A stretch of 48,855 nt of DNA, the filler included, from Sphacelaria rigidula (lineage: Eukaryota), in the NCBI GenBank assembly GCA_964200075.2. It is 3 parts of 3 records of this genome, joined end to end, with 100 filler letters (N's around TTAATTAATTAA, not from the genome) between each part and the next. Parts side by side here need not be neighbours in the genome. Positions count along the whole stretch, not along the records: positions 32,639 to 48,855 come from CAXNAA020001440.1; 2 more parts are not named here. One strand, given 5' to 3'. The stretch's first letter is position 1, and every line of letters starts with the position of its first letter. The position numbers and the translations under genes are program-made. The notes beneath the pieces are model-generated. The model was given only the letters and a program-made list of their open reading frames with translations, did not search any database and had not been told where the DNA came from. Positions 35,937 to 47,711 of this stretch are shown here, piece after piece.

Positions 35937-38900
35937 TCACGCCTCCCCCATCGCTGTCGCCGATGCCCCTGCCCCGGCCTTCTTCTTCTTTTTGTTCTTC
36001 TTCCTTCTTGATACGGTGTCCAATATTGTTTGGGTTTCCGCGTCCACAGACTTATCCGAGCTGAACGAAGCGGGGATGAACTCGATTCCCGTAATCTGTT
36101 ACGAGCCCAGAAAAACATCCACATATTAGCTCGGGCGGCGCACAGAGATTACGGTGACTACACTGCCCACAGCTCAGCAACCTTTTGATCACGGAAACTA
36201 TCGTGGGTGACAGCCACGAGGAACATCACGATACCCGACTCGAGTCGAGTATCGCTTGTAGACTCAGGTATTTGTATTCCGCCTCTTCTTCGGGTGGCTG
36301 ATGAAGGGATCGAAGGCTCACCCGAGTAACATTCGACTCGACTCTCGGAATACACATGTTTCTCCTTCCGAATTCCATCATCCGACACATAACAACTATT
36401 TCATCATTTCCGCACAAGTGTCCTAAATCCAACAGTCACGCAATTGTAAGATCTTCGCAAGTACATTGATGCTGAAACGAGAGCTCCCGCGGCTAGTGAC
36501 CAAAAATCCACGCGCATTATCCAGGGCGCCAATATTTCGTAAAATCATATCACGGAAAGATCCGACGAGGGAGTTGACCGTTGGCTCTAATAGTTCTTCG
36601 GTCAACTCGAATGTGTATATTCTGCATAGGTCGGTCATGCACAGACCAAGATCGTTACTCTCAAATAAACCGTGATGGGCATCAAAAAGCTTCATCTCAT
36701 CATTTGTATACACATACTCTCGAGCTTCACGCATGCGAAGTTTTTCATACACCGCACCGGATACATGAACGCGATACATACACAGAGCTGAAGGTAAGAG
36801 TATCTTGGCCCCTACCTTACTGGTGCCTGACGCCAGGAGGAGAACGGTGCACTTGAAGTGCGCGACGGTATCTCCCCTGTGAGCAAACATGACTGGATAG
36901 CTCGTGAGAAGCTCGTGAGATGCACACTCCACAACTCCCAATCGTGCCTGTCGAGGAAATGGGAGAAAATATTTCGAGAGCGAGAAATGATTTTTCACGT
37001 TTACGTCACGCGATAAACATGTTTTTACACAATTGACGCATCGTCTTCATATCCCGGAGCTCTCGGCCAGGTCAATCTGTACCATGTAAGTACTACAGCA
37101 TAATGTGTGTTTAGCCCGCGACTAAAAAAAAATGTGCCGACCCACAACTAATGAGTATACTAATCCCGCACTCGCAATGCGAGCTCCAATCCCCATGATC
37201 ACCTGTTTTTCATCGTCTAACGCCCGTAAGCTAAACGGCATACTCGGGAACCGCTGGTTGACCTCATTGTAGAGGTACCTGCAGGCGGGGTGGCGACGGA
37301 AGGCGAAAATTTCGAACAACAGTTCCATGAGTGAGAATCAGCTACCGTTTCGGAGCGACCCGAGACGAAAAACATGTAGAAAGGCATGGTCCTTCGACTT
37401 TTCCGCATGTGTGGCGCAACATCAGATTACATGAGCCGAAAGTATGGATACGCCAGATTTATCCTGGTCATCCATGAAACCGGATGTGCTGAGCACCTGT
37501 ACCATATACGGACAATGAAAATGTCACGGTCAGGACGCCAGCAATTTAGAGACAGAATCTCACCGGGACGCCTTCATCTTGAGATGATAGCTCTTGTTGG
37601 GGTCCTTCTTGAATACTGTTGTCCGCACGTCTTGTTCTCGCACCTTACCGTCACCGGAACTTACGAAGACGTTCACCGCGTATACCTGCACGGCATATTT
37701 CGTCCCGGATTTCAGTAGGAAGTTTCGGCAACGAAGTGGAGCTTTCCGACTACAAAATCATCATATTCGAATGAATCGATGCGTCCCGGTACTACTGTAC
37801 CCACTCCGAGTGGTGAGCCAAGCTCGAGGTGGCCTCCGGAATTGCAGCCATCCGTGTCCACTCAAGACAACATGAACAAAACCCGCTCGAGGGGGGAAAC
37901 GATGTAGCTGCTTCCCGGCTTTTTAAAGAGAAACAACATTATAACATGTTCACCAGTGATTTAGTAGGCACTACCCGTGAGGTCCGGGCGGCACCCGTGG
38001 AATAGGTGAGCGGTTGTCTGGCCGCTGCCGGCGCGACGCAGCCTTGCACTGGTGCTTTTCAGCTCCAGAGAGGCTGCGGCCGGCGGTTGATCTAGGCGTT
38101 GGCGATGCGTTTGTGCTGGCACGATGGGAAGCAATGCCCTCACGGGTAGTGTTACATGTCAGCTTCAACACATCTACACGCCAGGAGAGAAAGTTGACAA
38201 CTAAGCAGGGATGAAGTACGACTCAAAATATCTCTTTGTTGGGGGGGCTACTTATGGAAGTGGAACGCCGTATATTTCTGTAGCGGCAAATCATTTCACT
38301 GCATCATCCCACGGACTACACGCGGGTTGCCTAACGACTCCAGGACCCCTGGACGAGAAAGGAAAGGCGCCACCCTTCGGATCCGCTTCCCTGACCCAAG
38401 ACAGAAACGACGATTCTCGAGGTTTTTCGCCCTACAAAACGTTTTGACCTCATCATGATCAAAGGTTACACGTTTTGTTTTGGGCGGCGGGAAATAAGTG
38501 GGAAATGCTTCGTTCCCTGTTTGCCCACAGCTCACCGAAGTGTACACGCCGAAACCGAGAAAAATCTCGATAACGATGGGGGGCACCCTTTTTACATGCT
38601 TGGTTGAGTAACCGCAGGATATCTGGTAAAAAAGTGACGCAAAATCTTGCACTAATCGATGAGGTTGTAGATGCTGCGGTACACATGAGGCTGATGGGTG
38701 GGGGAGTATACGCTGCATCTTTTTTGCATGTAGCCCTGTAAATATTGATCTCATATTCCTACAAGGACACAGCGCGTCGGGTTTTCGCCGGACCAGGCTT
38801 CATGACCCCATGGAAGGTGGTGACAAGTCCGTCATAACTCAACGTTTTCTCGGACGAACTTTGTTTTGTTCAACCAAGATATTCCACTCCTAGTTTGGGA

Positions 38901-41900
38901 CTCCAGTCAAGATGTACTCGCGCACCTCGTTCGCCTCGAAAGTAACCTCCTTCTCTTTGTCCTCGCTGTTGAGGGCGATTGTCTTTCCGCCGAGGCCGAA
39001 CCTGCATGTTGAGAGAAAGTGAAGCAGCGGCAGCACAGAGGCCGTCATCCTCAGAAACCGCACCACGGTCATCTCAAGCATGGAAACAATGCGCTCAGCT
39101 TCATGTAATCCAGTAAAAACCCGCGACTTGCTGACAAGTTGTTTCCCATGGCGAACAAGGGAAATATGTGAAAGTGTCTGCATGAAGAACCTTCTGCGTC
39201 ATTTACGCGCCAACGTGGAGCTAGGCGAATTTTGAGAGCTGAAAAGCCCCTTGCTGTACCCGTCGAGACGATCCCAGGTCACCTGCGCAATTTCAACATA
39301 ATCGTGATTTTTTTGCCCGAATGTGCGATTCCCTCGGACCCCTCTATTTCCTCGGAGATCAGTTGAGCCCAACAGATACTGCGACTCAGCACTTTTGTCA
39401 GCGCGTGAAGAGATACAGAAGCTCCCAAAACGCAATCTTCCACATCTTCATCCGTATCTGTAATACGAAGAGGCTCAAGGCATCATTACTCATTTCAACC
39501 TCATAAGCCATCACAGTGCAGATGCCTACGGGACGACGCACACACCTCAACCCAATCCCCAACTGGCGGGCTTCATCTTCGCATGTGTCGCGGGTTCAGG
39601 CACTTTGTTATTGGAACGAACCGTTTGATTCCTGACGGTTTCAGCTCATTGTTGCCAAGTATCGCGTAACAAAAACCTGTATCCCGTCCGTCAACACCAC
39701 ATGTGGGTGGCATTCGCGAACACAACAGCGTTTGTCTACTCGCTACCGGAGCTACAGTCAACCTCGTCGTTCCTTCCAGCATTGTCCGAGTGCCGCAGCG
39801 GGTTTTTGGTCCAGGTGACTGCGACAGGCTTGTGGAGGACGTCCACAGTAAGTGGAGGACGTCGATAGTGATGAGTTCTTGCGGTAGTCTTCACGAATTT
39901 GAACTTTCGAATCGCAGTTACAGGAGATGAATTCGTCCCCGACGAGGTTTGTCGGGCACGAACCCATCCCCCGATCACCCTCAAATTGACAGGCTCATCA
40001 TCTTTTCTTATATGCAAACGTAGCTCAGCACTGGATGATGCACGCCCTCTTGAATATAACGCTCATTTTTATCCGTCAGCATCGTGCTTAAATCAAGACG
40101 CGATGTTTCCCATCCCCCGATGAACAAAGAGCGGCTGCAGTACTTCAGAGGCGTGAGGGATTCCTGTTTACTCACCGTGTAAGCTGCTCCATTTGTGTCC
40201 CCGCGATGAATTTAACGCCGTACGCGTCTGCTACTTTTTTCGTAGCCTCCGTCACCTGTGGGCCAAACCGACGACACACGTGACGACGCTCGGTGTTCGT
40301 GATACGATCATTACGCACTCGCTCGATCTATACCATCAGGTACATCACGTCGAAAATCCTGCTGATAAGTGTGCGTGATCTAGATATAAGATTACCCACA
40401 CCGCGGTAGGAGAGTTGACAATGGGCGGAGGACGGAAAAGAAGCATGCATCAACAAGACTCTAATGAAACGCGAAGAATTTCTCGGTTCACCGAATTTTT
40501 TTCTTCCCCTCATTTATCATTGCAGTTTCTTGGCTCTACAGGGACGGGAGGGAGGGCCACCCTGGATGGTAGGGTGCTTTTTTCTCGACACCACGAAGGG
40601 CAAGCAACGGGGCTGTCGCACCGCACGATACTGTGGCGAGAAAACAACCCAGACAAAACAGGCAACATGTCGAACTTTCTACTGCACCGAATACTCGGCA
40701 ACGTGCACATGTTCACCAGTGATTTAGTAGGCACTACCCGTGAGGTCCGGGCGGCACCCGTGGAATAGGTGAGCGGTTGTCTGGCCGCTGCCGGCGCGAC
40801 GCAGCCTTGGACTGGTGCTTTTCAGCTCCAGAGAGGCTGCGGCCGGCGGTTGATCTAGGCGTGGGCGATGTGTTTGTGCTGATACAACAGACGTCGTTGT
40901 CCTTGCGGGCAAAGGCGACGTGCTTGACAGCCCAACCTCATCAAAACGCCAAGCTATTTCGACTTTCAAAACTGGAACTTGCCGGGCAAGATATACACAC
41001 CTGTTCCACCACCAACGAGAACGACAAACGGGAGTGCAATATTCCCGTCATCCTTTTGCTCACAACACGGAACCGCTCCCGGTGGGAGTGATTTCCGTAA
41101 CCGTATAACCAACGACCAGGAGCAGCGAATACAATCAAGACAGAGTTCACGACCCGAAACATCCCGGCTGAGCAACTGGGGGGGGAAGGAACAAGGATAT
41201 GCACTGGACGAACCTGTGTGTTTGTATTCCCCGCTTTGATCGTCTTGGCCGCCACCTCTGCTGCGTAGTATGCAGCAAGCACAACGTCGGCTTCGACTCC
41301 CGTCACAGCACCCGCGACTGTGGGATCCATGCCCACCTTAATTGTGTGAGCCACGACCGCCATGTAATAGTCCACGTGGCAGCCCAGCTCGATCTTTACC
41401 CAATCGCCCGCCTTTAGGGGCTCCTACTTTCGGCCAAGGACCATCCGTTGCAACATACGATGAAGGCATGTTGTGCAATGAGGCTCACGTTTCCATCAAC
41501 TGTCCTGGGCAAGAGGAAACTGCTCAACAAAAGATGAGTGCAGTATCAACGGATCGTGACATCAGGGTGGTACGAGCGAGCAAACTGACTGAACTCATTT
41601 GGTCGAGGCGTGTCTGATTTACATTCATGTATACCTCCGCCTCAAGTCAGAATCGAGAGAGCATTTGTTTGAAGTGACTTCTCTGAACGGTCAACCCAGT
41701 CAAGTTTCTTGTGTGACAGTCAGCTTAGACTCCAGAAACGGTTGAACCAAGGTCACAACGTTGCAGGGTTAGCATCAAAACATTATTTTCACCACGATAG
41801 CGTCCATTTCTTCACCATGGGTATCCACCGTGTACGACGGGCTGAGGAGCATGGCTGAAATACGGTGATAATATGGGAGCCAAACGTCCGTCAGAGGTTC

Positions 41901-44900
41901 AGTAGCTGCTTCGACACAATACGGCCAAAAGTACGGTACATCTACAGTACGCCGAGAGGAAGCACACAGCATCACATAACCGTGTTGTGCCACGTAGAAT
42001 GCATGACTCCTCACGGCGTTTGGCCGTGGCGACAGAATGAAAACACGTCCTAACCCAGCCACGACAGGCAAGAAAAATCACAACTATCTTCCATCACATA
42101 GCCAGGTCAGCATACGAGAACCCAAACAAAACAAGGCATGGCACGTACAGTAGTGGGCGGTTTGACCACTCATTTGGTGGCATTTCGTGACTTTTTCGTG
42201 ATTGGCAATTTGTTGGGCTTCTTTCGCTCGTTACCTTTCACCACATCGGGGATCTGAAGATGTTTGTACCCGCTCCACATTCCAAAACACAAATGTAGTC
42301 CATGAAAAGTGACCGACGGGCTGACCGGTTATCGGGGATACTGCCACGTCTCAGCTCAGGTCCTCACTCTTCTGTATTTTCGGTCAATCGAGCCCGTGCC
42401 GATCATCTTCATGACGAAATGTTTAGTTTCATTTTTTCGAATCTTCACCTACTCATTGAACTGGAGCCAAAAAACTGTGTTTCACGGTCGATGACACGCT
42501 ACTGATTGAAGGGGTAATTACTTGTATCGCCCGTTAATATCAGTCAACACTGACTTGGGCACGGTGTTTCGATGATGATCCATTTTTTATACCAAAATCC
42601 ACCGACGCCAGTAATTTCGACATCTATCGAAGAGTATCAAGAGAGGAAAGTCAAAAAGCACCCCTGAATAGTTGGACCGCCCACTACTGTATCAGGGTTC
42701 TTGCAACATGTTTGGCGGGGGAGGAAGCCGGAAAGACGTGTCAAGGCCCATGGAAACAGCGGGGCTCACTGCTCCAGCCAACTCCCGTACGTCAACGCCG
42801 TCAGAGCAGGCGCAAACTCAAACACTCAAGCTTCGCGTTTCCTGGCAAGAGACGCGGAGCGAACGCGAGAGCACCGCACTCCTATTAATTTTCTGGGCTA
42901 GCGGACAGGCGCTCAGTACTTGCTCGCCACGCTGGCAGAACCGTACATCCCCTGTCCTTCTTCTCGCCCCTAGTCATCCCAGAGGGAATCAACTTGGGGT
43001 TGTGTCGAGAAAAATCCAGGAGAGCACTGAGATCTCTGCTGCGGGCAAGCTATCTTGAGAACCACGGATGTCCACCCAGGTGGTTCGCGAATTTTACTTT
43101 CGCGTGTTACGCTACGGATCAAGTATTTTCATCCCATTCCTCGGGATACACATCCAGTCGGTACCAACCCAGCAAAAGAGTGGCTGACCTACTACAGACG
43201 GGGGTACTACTCAAAGTCAATCACAAAATCTTTGTGCGGGTCCTCGGAAAATTCGCCTGGTTGACTCATCGATCATATTCTAGAGGGTACTTTCATCGAG
43301 AAAAAACACCGTTAGTTGTGGCTCCGTCACGGGTGCGGCAACAGTTACTCCGGCCAATTGTTGTATGACGCCACAGGTCATGAAGGGTATACATCAAGAA
43401 ACCAGAAGAGTAGAAATATATATATCAAGCACCGCGATCATTAAACCTCATCATGTGTGGTGTGGCTCAGCACATATCTCAGGGGAGAAACACTCAAGTT
43501 ACACGCAATTTCCAATTTCACTTCAAAATTCACCATCCTCACGTGTTTGGATGCCTCCGACTCGAGGGGGCTGTTGTTCATGACGCACTCGTTGACAGAT
43601 ACGCAGGTCGGGAACGCGATGCCTTTGGCCACTGCGACACCCTTGACCTTACTTCGGAAGATCTGCGAGCATCTCTGTACTCTCGAGGATGAGAAGGGGA
43701 AGATGAGGGGAACGGAGGCGCAGCGGGGAAATCGTGGAGGGGCGGGAAAGGGGTAGAACAAGAATGACTTAGTGAACGCGATAAAAAGACGATAACCAAT
43801 TGAACGGATGCGACTTCCGTGGCCATGTTTTGAATCGAAGCAGCCTCATTACTCGCTTCCATCGGGGGCAAGGTAGAATCACCGTGGCCGCTCCAAGTGG
43901 ACGTTGTACACATTTCCGGGGTGCCTTAGACATGTTCGCAGCGGGGTGAGGGGAGGAGTGGGGGGGGGGGGATAGCCTCAGATTCTCCTTGGGGGCAAAC
44001 AACGAATTGCCAGAATATGGGCCGAGAGTGACAAGCTGGCATTCGGGTTTTCTCGATGGCCTCGGCATCAACATCCAATCTTGGATATAACGTCCTGAGA
44101 TGTTATCACGGTCGTCGCATCATTTTGGGATGAGAGCGATCATACCGCAAATGGATACAGAGTTGATGGCTCGACACCACGGCAACGGTTGGACCGGGTC
44201 GCCCGGCATTTGTACCAGCGATGTTATTGATTATATATGTGAAGCAAGTCATACCGGCTTTCATCCATGCCCAGCATTTCAAACGAAGAGGGTTTCGTGC
44301 GGGGGAAAGATGTGATTTGAAGATATTGCCACGGGCGCATACAAGACGTTCAAAAGCAGCTCCAGAGGTCGCGAGCGTCACCATGAGCTGCCAACTACAA
44401 AACTGGTCCTGGCAAGCTCGGCTCATATACGTATGCAGTGACGGTGGACCAGCGTTGGCGAAGCTTAGATCATTCACTCGTCATGTTCACGAGGGATTGA
44501 ATATGGTCATGACTAGATATCACGTGCTCTTGATTTCAGGTCATCAAAGTACTGTAAAAGCTCTCTTCTTCGAGAATGATGACACAAGTCATGCGCAACA
44601 ACGTAACTTTCCGGTCTGTGGCTCGTTCCGGGTCAGTTCAAATTCATGAGGCTAGGGCAGTAGGCGATCTCCGCATGGTTTGCAGAGCTCATTGGTCATC
44701 GTACCATCCGTCACACATGGATACCCTCGAGATGCACACTACCGGCTACGCACTACAACTGACTTCCCTCACCTGCACAATGACGGTGTCCCCAAACTTG
44801 CAAAGGTCATTAATCTTGGCTCCTGGCACGCACATCTGGACCACACCCTGCATGGTCAAGTTGGCAATCTTGGCGGCCTCCTGGTACTTGGTGGTCACGT

Positions 44901-45789
44901 CCGAGTTTGACAGATTCTCTACTGCTCCCGCCTCCGCCTCTTCATCCTGTTGAAATGGGGAGATTCATCCGGGACTGTGTGAGGTGATATCTGTACCAAA
45001 ACAGGCTGTACAATCATCAAAGACTGTACTGTTGTGGCTGCACGGTACTGCTGTACAGCCAGAGGGATGTCAGTCCATGCATGAATCATACCAGTACAAC
45101 TGGCAGCTACAGATGAAATGGGGATCGACAAGCTACCACAATATCTCGTCATCGCAGCCACCTCTGGGTTGCGAACATCATTTTCACGACCAGTTTCGAT
45201 CGGCAGTCGAAAAGAACGTGCGGAGGTAGGTGCGGGGCGAGGGAAACGTGAATCATGCTCAGGTCAGTTGCCCAACTTACTCTTGCCGTTTTCACTGAAC
45301 CCAGCCTGACCCGTCTGTCAGGAAAGGGGGGCTTTACCAGGGCTGTCACACGATCTGCTGCAACCCTCAGTCAAGATGGCGCTTCTCTGGGATGAAGAGG
45401 GACCTTGATCCACATTCATGACCAAGTACGATAGAAGCTTCGAAATACCACATACCATGCGGCGAGCGGCAGGAGCGCCATCACTTCAGGTGCATGGCAC
45501 AAGGCGCCTGGCTTGCGTCAAGCGGAGAACAGGAGCACGAGAAGAGCCCCCAGTACAAAAAATATGCGGCCTGAATTGCTCCAAACAACGCGACATCAAA
45601 ATTACTGCTGTGTACCGAGATGATTCGAAATAAAAGCATGGTGCCAACAGAGCACACGACACGTGCAAGCTTTCATCACGACCCTCATCGGTACAATAAT
45701 AATTCTCCCATCATGGAGGGAAGCACTGCCCCCTTAGTATGTTGTCGCACCTCTTGCTCCTCCATTGGGTCTTCTGCTTTGGCAGCCAT
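35937..45789 (-). CDS. PA2G4: Proliferation-associated protein 2G4 / EBP1 (M24/MetAP2-fold ribosome-associated protein), complete, 10 exons, 399 aa
   Basis: Manually spliced exons, all GT-AG with consistent phases: 45751-45789, 44773-44946, 43543-43674, 41214-41423, 40176-40255, 38926-39001, 37564-37685, 37203-37278, 36816-36947, 35937-36095 (1200 nt). The translation has EBP1-type motifs: LSNSDVTTKYQEAAKIAN, KGIAFPTCVSVNECV, PLKAGDWVKIELGCHVD, KAGNTNTQVTEA, FEANEVYAVNVFVSSGDGK, RTTVFKK, YHLKMKASR, RFPSMPFSLRAL, ARLGVVEC..HELL..YPV, VAHFKCTVLL and a Lys-rich tail RRKKNKKKKK. Confidence 0.95.
37944..38184 (-). ncRNA. Candidate U17/snR30 (SNORA73)-like box H/ACA snoRNA, copy A, in PA2G4 intron 6
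   Basis: Sense to the host gene. Order on the - strand: 5' hairpin, middle hairpin with GAAA loop, H box AGACAA (38019-38014), 3' hairpin with m1-like UAUUCCA (38004-37998) and m2-like AAAUCAC (37962-37956), ACA box (37949-37947) plus 3 nt. A near-identical second copy lies at 40707-40953. Confidence 0.8.
40707..40953 (-). ncRNA. Candidate U17/snR30 (SNORA73)-like box H/ACA snoRNA, copy B, in PA2G4 intron 4
   Basis: Same architecture as copy A: H box 40782-40777, m1-like 40767-40761, m2-like 40725-40719, ACA 40712-40710. I count 3 substitutions versus copy A over ~175 nt. Identity stops exactly 3 nt after ACA. Confidence 0.8.
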
Positions 45790-46766
45790 TTTGACGAACG
45801 CGCTGCAAACTGGGTGCCCTGCGTTGTCACGCGAAACTCTAATGCTAGTGCAAGAGGCCTCAGGTATTTCTTTGATCACGGCTGAGGAAGAGGCGGCGAA
45901 GAGGTTTGTTCAGTGGAGCGCGGCTGAATGTACAAGGGGTGCTTGTGTGGGTAGACGTCCGGACGCAGAAATAAACAAGAGTTCAGGAATGGCGTACACG
46001 TGCCCCAGTGGTCGAATAGTCCTTTCTCAGACCCGATAATATTGGTAGGTGCTGCACAGACCCGAGGTCGACAGTGACAGCAAAATTCCGTGCATCACGT
46101 TCGTGTCCGGTTGGTTTTAACCACGATTCTAACAACTATCAGTAAATTTAATTATGTCCCATCTTCTAGTAATTTTGTTACGGTAACATAATACTGGCGT
46201 TCACCAGGTGAACGTCCGCATCTCGGTGCGGGTGTGCATTGTAGATAATGACCCAACAATAACCCGCCGCCAGGTGATCACGCATTTCGGAACGATGGTG
46301 TTCTTCGCGTTGTCTGATATTTTGAAGGAATTTAGGAATTTCACCAGTCCAATCAGTGGCGAACGAGGCGACAATTCCCGGAAGATATGCCCCAAAAAAA
46401 TCAATCAAAAGTTGGGAGATGTGGGGGCGGGGTGGTGTTGTAGGCATGCTGCTGTGCCATTTTCCGCGATATCGCAGCTGCACAATTTCATTTACAAAAG
46501 ACGTGCTACAATGATGCGTGTAATCCTCCTGGACGCCGCGTGATAAGCTCATAAACCAACCGTGAGAATTCCGTATATATTCTGCCCAAAAACGAATATA
46601 CGTTGCCGGAGCACTGCCCGAACTGTGAGGAAGCCGCATTTAGCTGGAAACAGTTGGGGAAGATCCGGGTTCGGCCGAGAACAAACTGAGACAAACCCGC
46701 ATCAAACACGGGATTTTACATGATTGAGGACGGATATTTTGTATTGAGGGTAAACCTTGGGAACTG

Positions 46767-46852
46767 TGACGGTTTAAGAGACTACCAACTAGACTGCTGA
46801 CAAGTCAGCGCTGACTGGTCAGTAGTCTAGTTGGTACTCTCTTACACCGTCA
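46767..46852. repeat. 86-bp loop-less near-perfect palindrome
   Basis: TGACGGTTTAAGAGACTACCAACTAGACTGCTGACAAGTCAGC|GCTGACTGGTCAGTAGTCTAGTTGGTACTCTCTTACACCGTCA; 4 mismatched pairs out of 43. Confidence 0.9.
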
Positions 46853-47711
46853 TAAAAATTAATCGCTGGTTCGCTTCCCGTCGGACGCACTTTCTTTGAA
46901 GAAAAAAGAGGAGAGAAAACCTCTGGTGAAAAATTGACCCCAAGGAGAGAAAGCCTTAGTAAAAAATTGGCCCAAATAGAAAAAGGGTGGATACAATCTC
47001 CAGCCGTGGTGTTGTGTGGCCCCGCTCATCCTCAAAAATACCCATCCGCAAGTTGTAAAATCCCGTGTTTTTCAACGTCTTAGTCTACTATGTATGCATG
47101 TATGTCGTTCTGTTCGACTTTTTTTCGGTTCCTTTTTTTCTTCAGCGACTGTTTCAGTTTTGCTTTTCTTGGGTGGGTCTATCATGCGAACACGGCTGGA
47201 CCCATGGGTGGCCAGTTCAAGTACGACAATCAATCAATCAAACCATACCGAACAAACCCGATCTCCGTTCACTCCGGTAAAAACCTGCTGTTCCTTCTTA
47301 TTTGCCAGGATCCCTTCCTTGTCAATTATCAAGAGACCACACGTCAGTTGCTGATGGATTTTTTCGGGGGGGGGGGGGGGGGGGCAGGAGGCCGCCCAAC
47401 CAAAGCGGGGTTGTGCGTTGCATTTGTTTTGAATTCGTAAGNNNNNNNNNNTGTGGAGTCTCCTCCAACCGAACGCTGCGAGTGGGGCAGCGTTGGTGGG
47501 GTGGGGTGGGGGGGGTCCGGTTCAGCGAGGCCACACATCAAAGCCGGATACTGCAGTGCATTTGCGTTTAGATTTCGAGGATATTCCGATGCTTGCTGAG
47601 GTTTCCAAGGTTCATCCCCAGTAAAAAAGCAATCCTCTCAATGTGTACAGTCCCGTGTTACTCTGCTCGAAGTGATCGGGGGGTGGGGAGTGGCGGGGGG
47701 TGGGGGGGGGT

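Noticed and set aside
36423-36998. 191-aa ORF as a separate gene
   Set aside because: Only 36816-36947 is coding (PA2G4 exon 9); the rest is intron read-through.
37961-38143. Duplicated ORFs (RLDQPPAAASLELKST...) here and at 40724-40969 as alternative exons
   Set aside because: PA2G4 splices completely without them and no matching splice sites bound them. The conservation boundaries fit H/ACA RNA ends.
38450-38456. C-box-like ATGATGA on the - strand in PA2G4 introns (also near 39995 and 43450)
   Set aside because: I found no suitably spaced D box (CTGA) or terminal stem, so no C/D snoRNA is called.
45840-46640. ORFs and splice-like sites upstream of PA2G4 as a divergent gene
   Set aside because: No recognisable protein motif or consistent exon chain.
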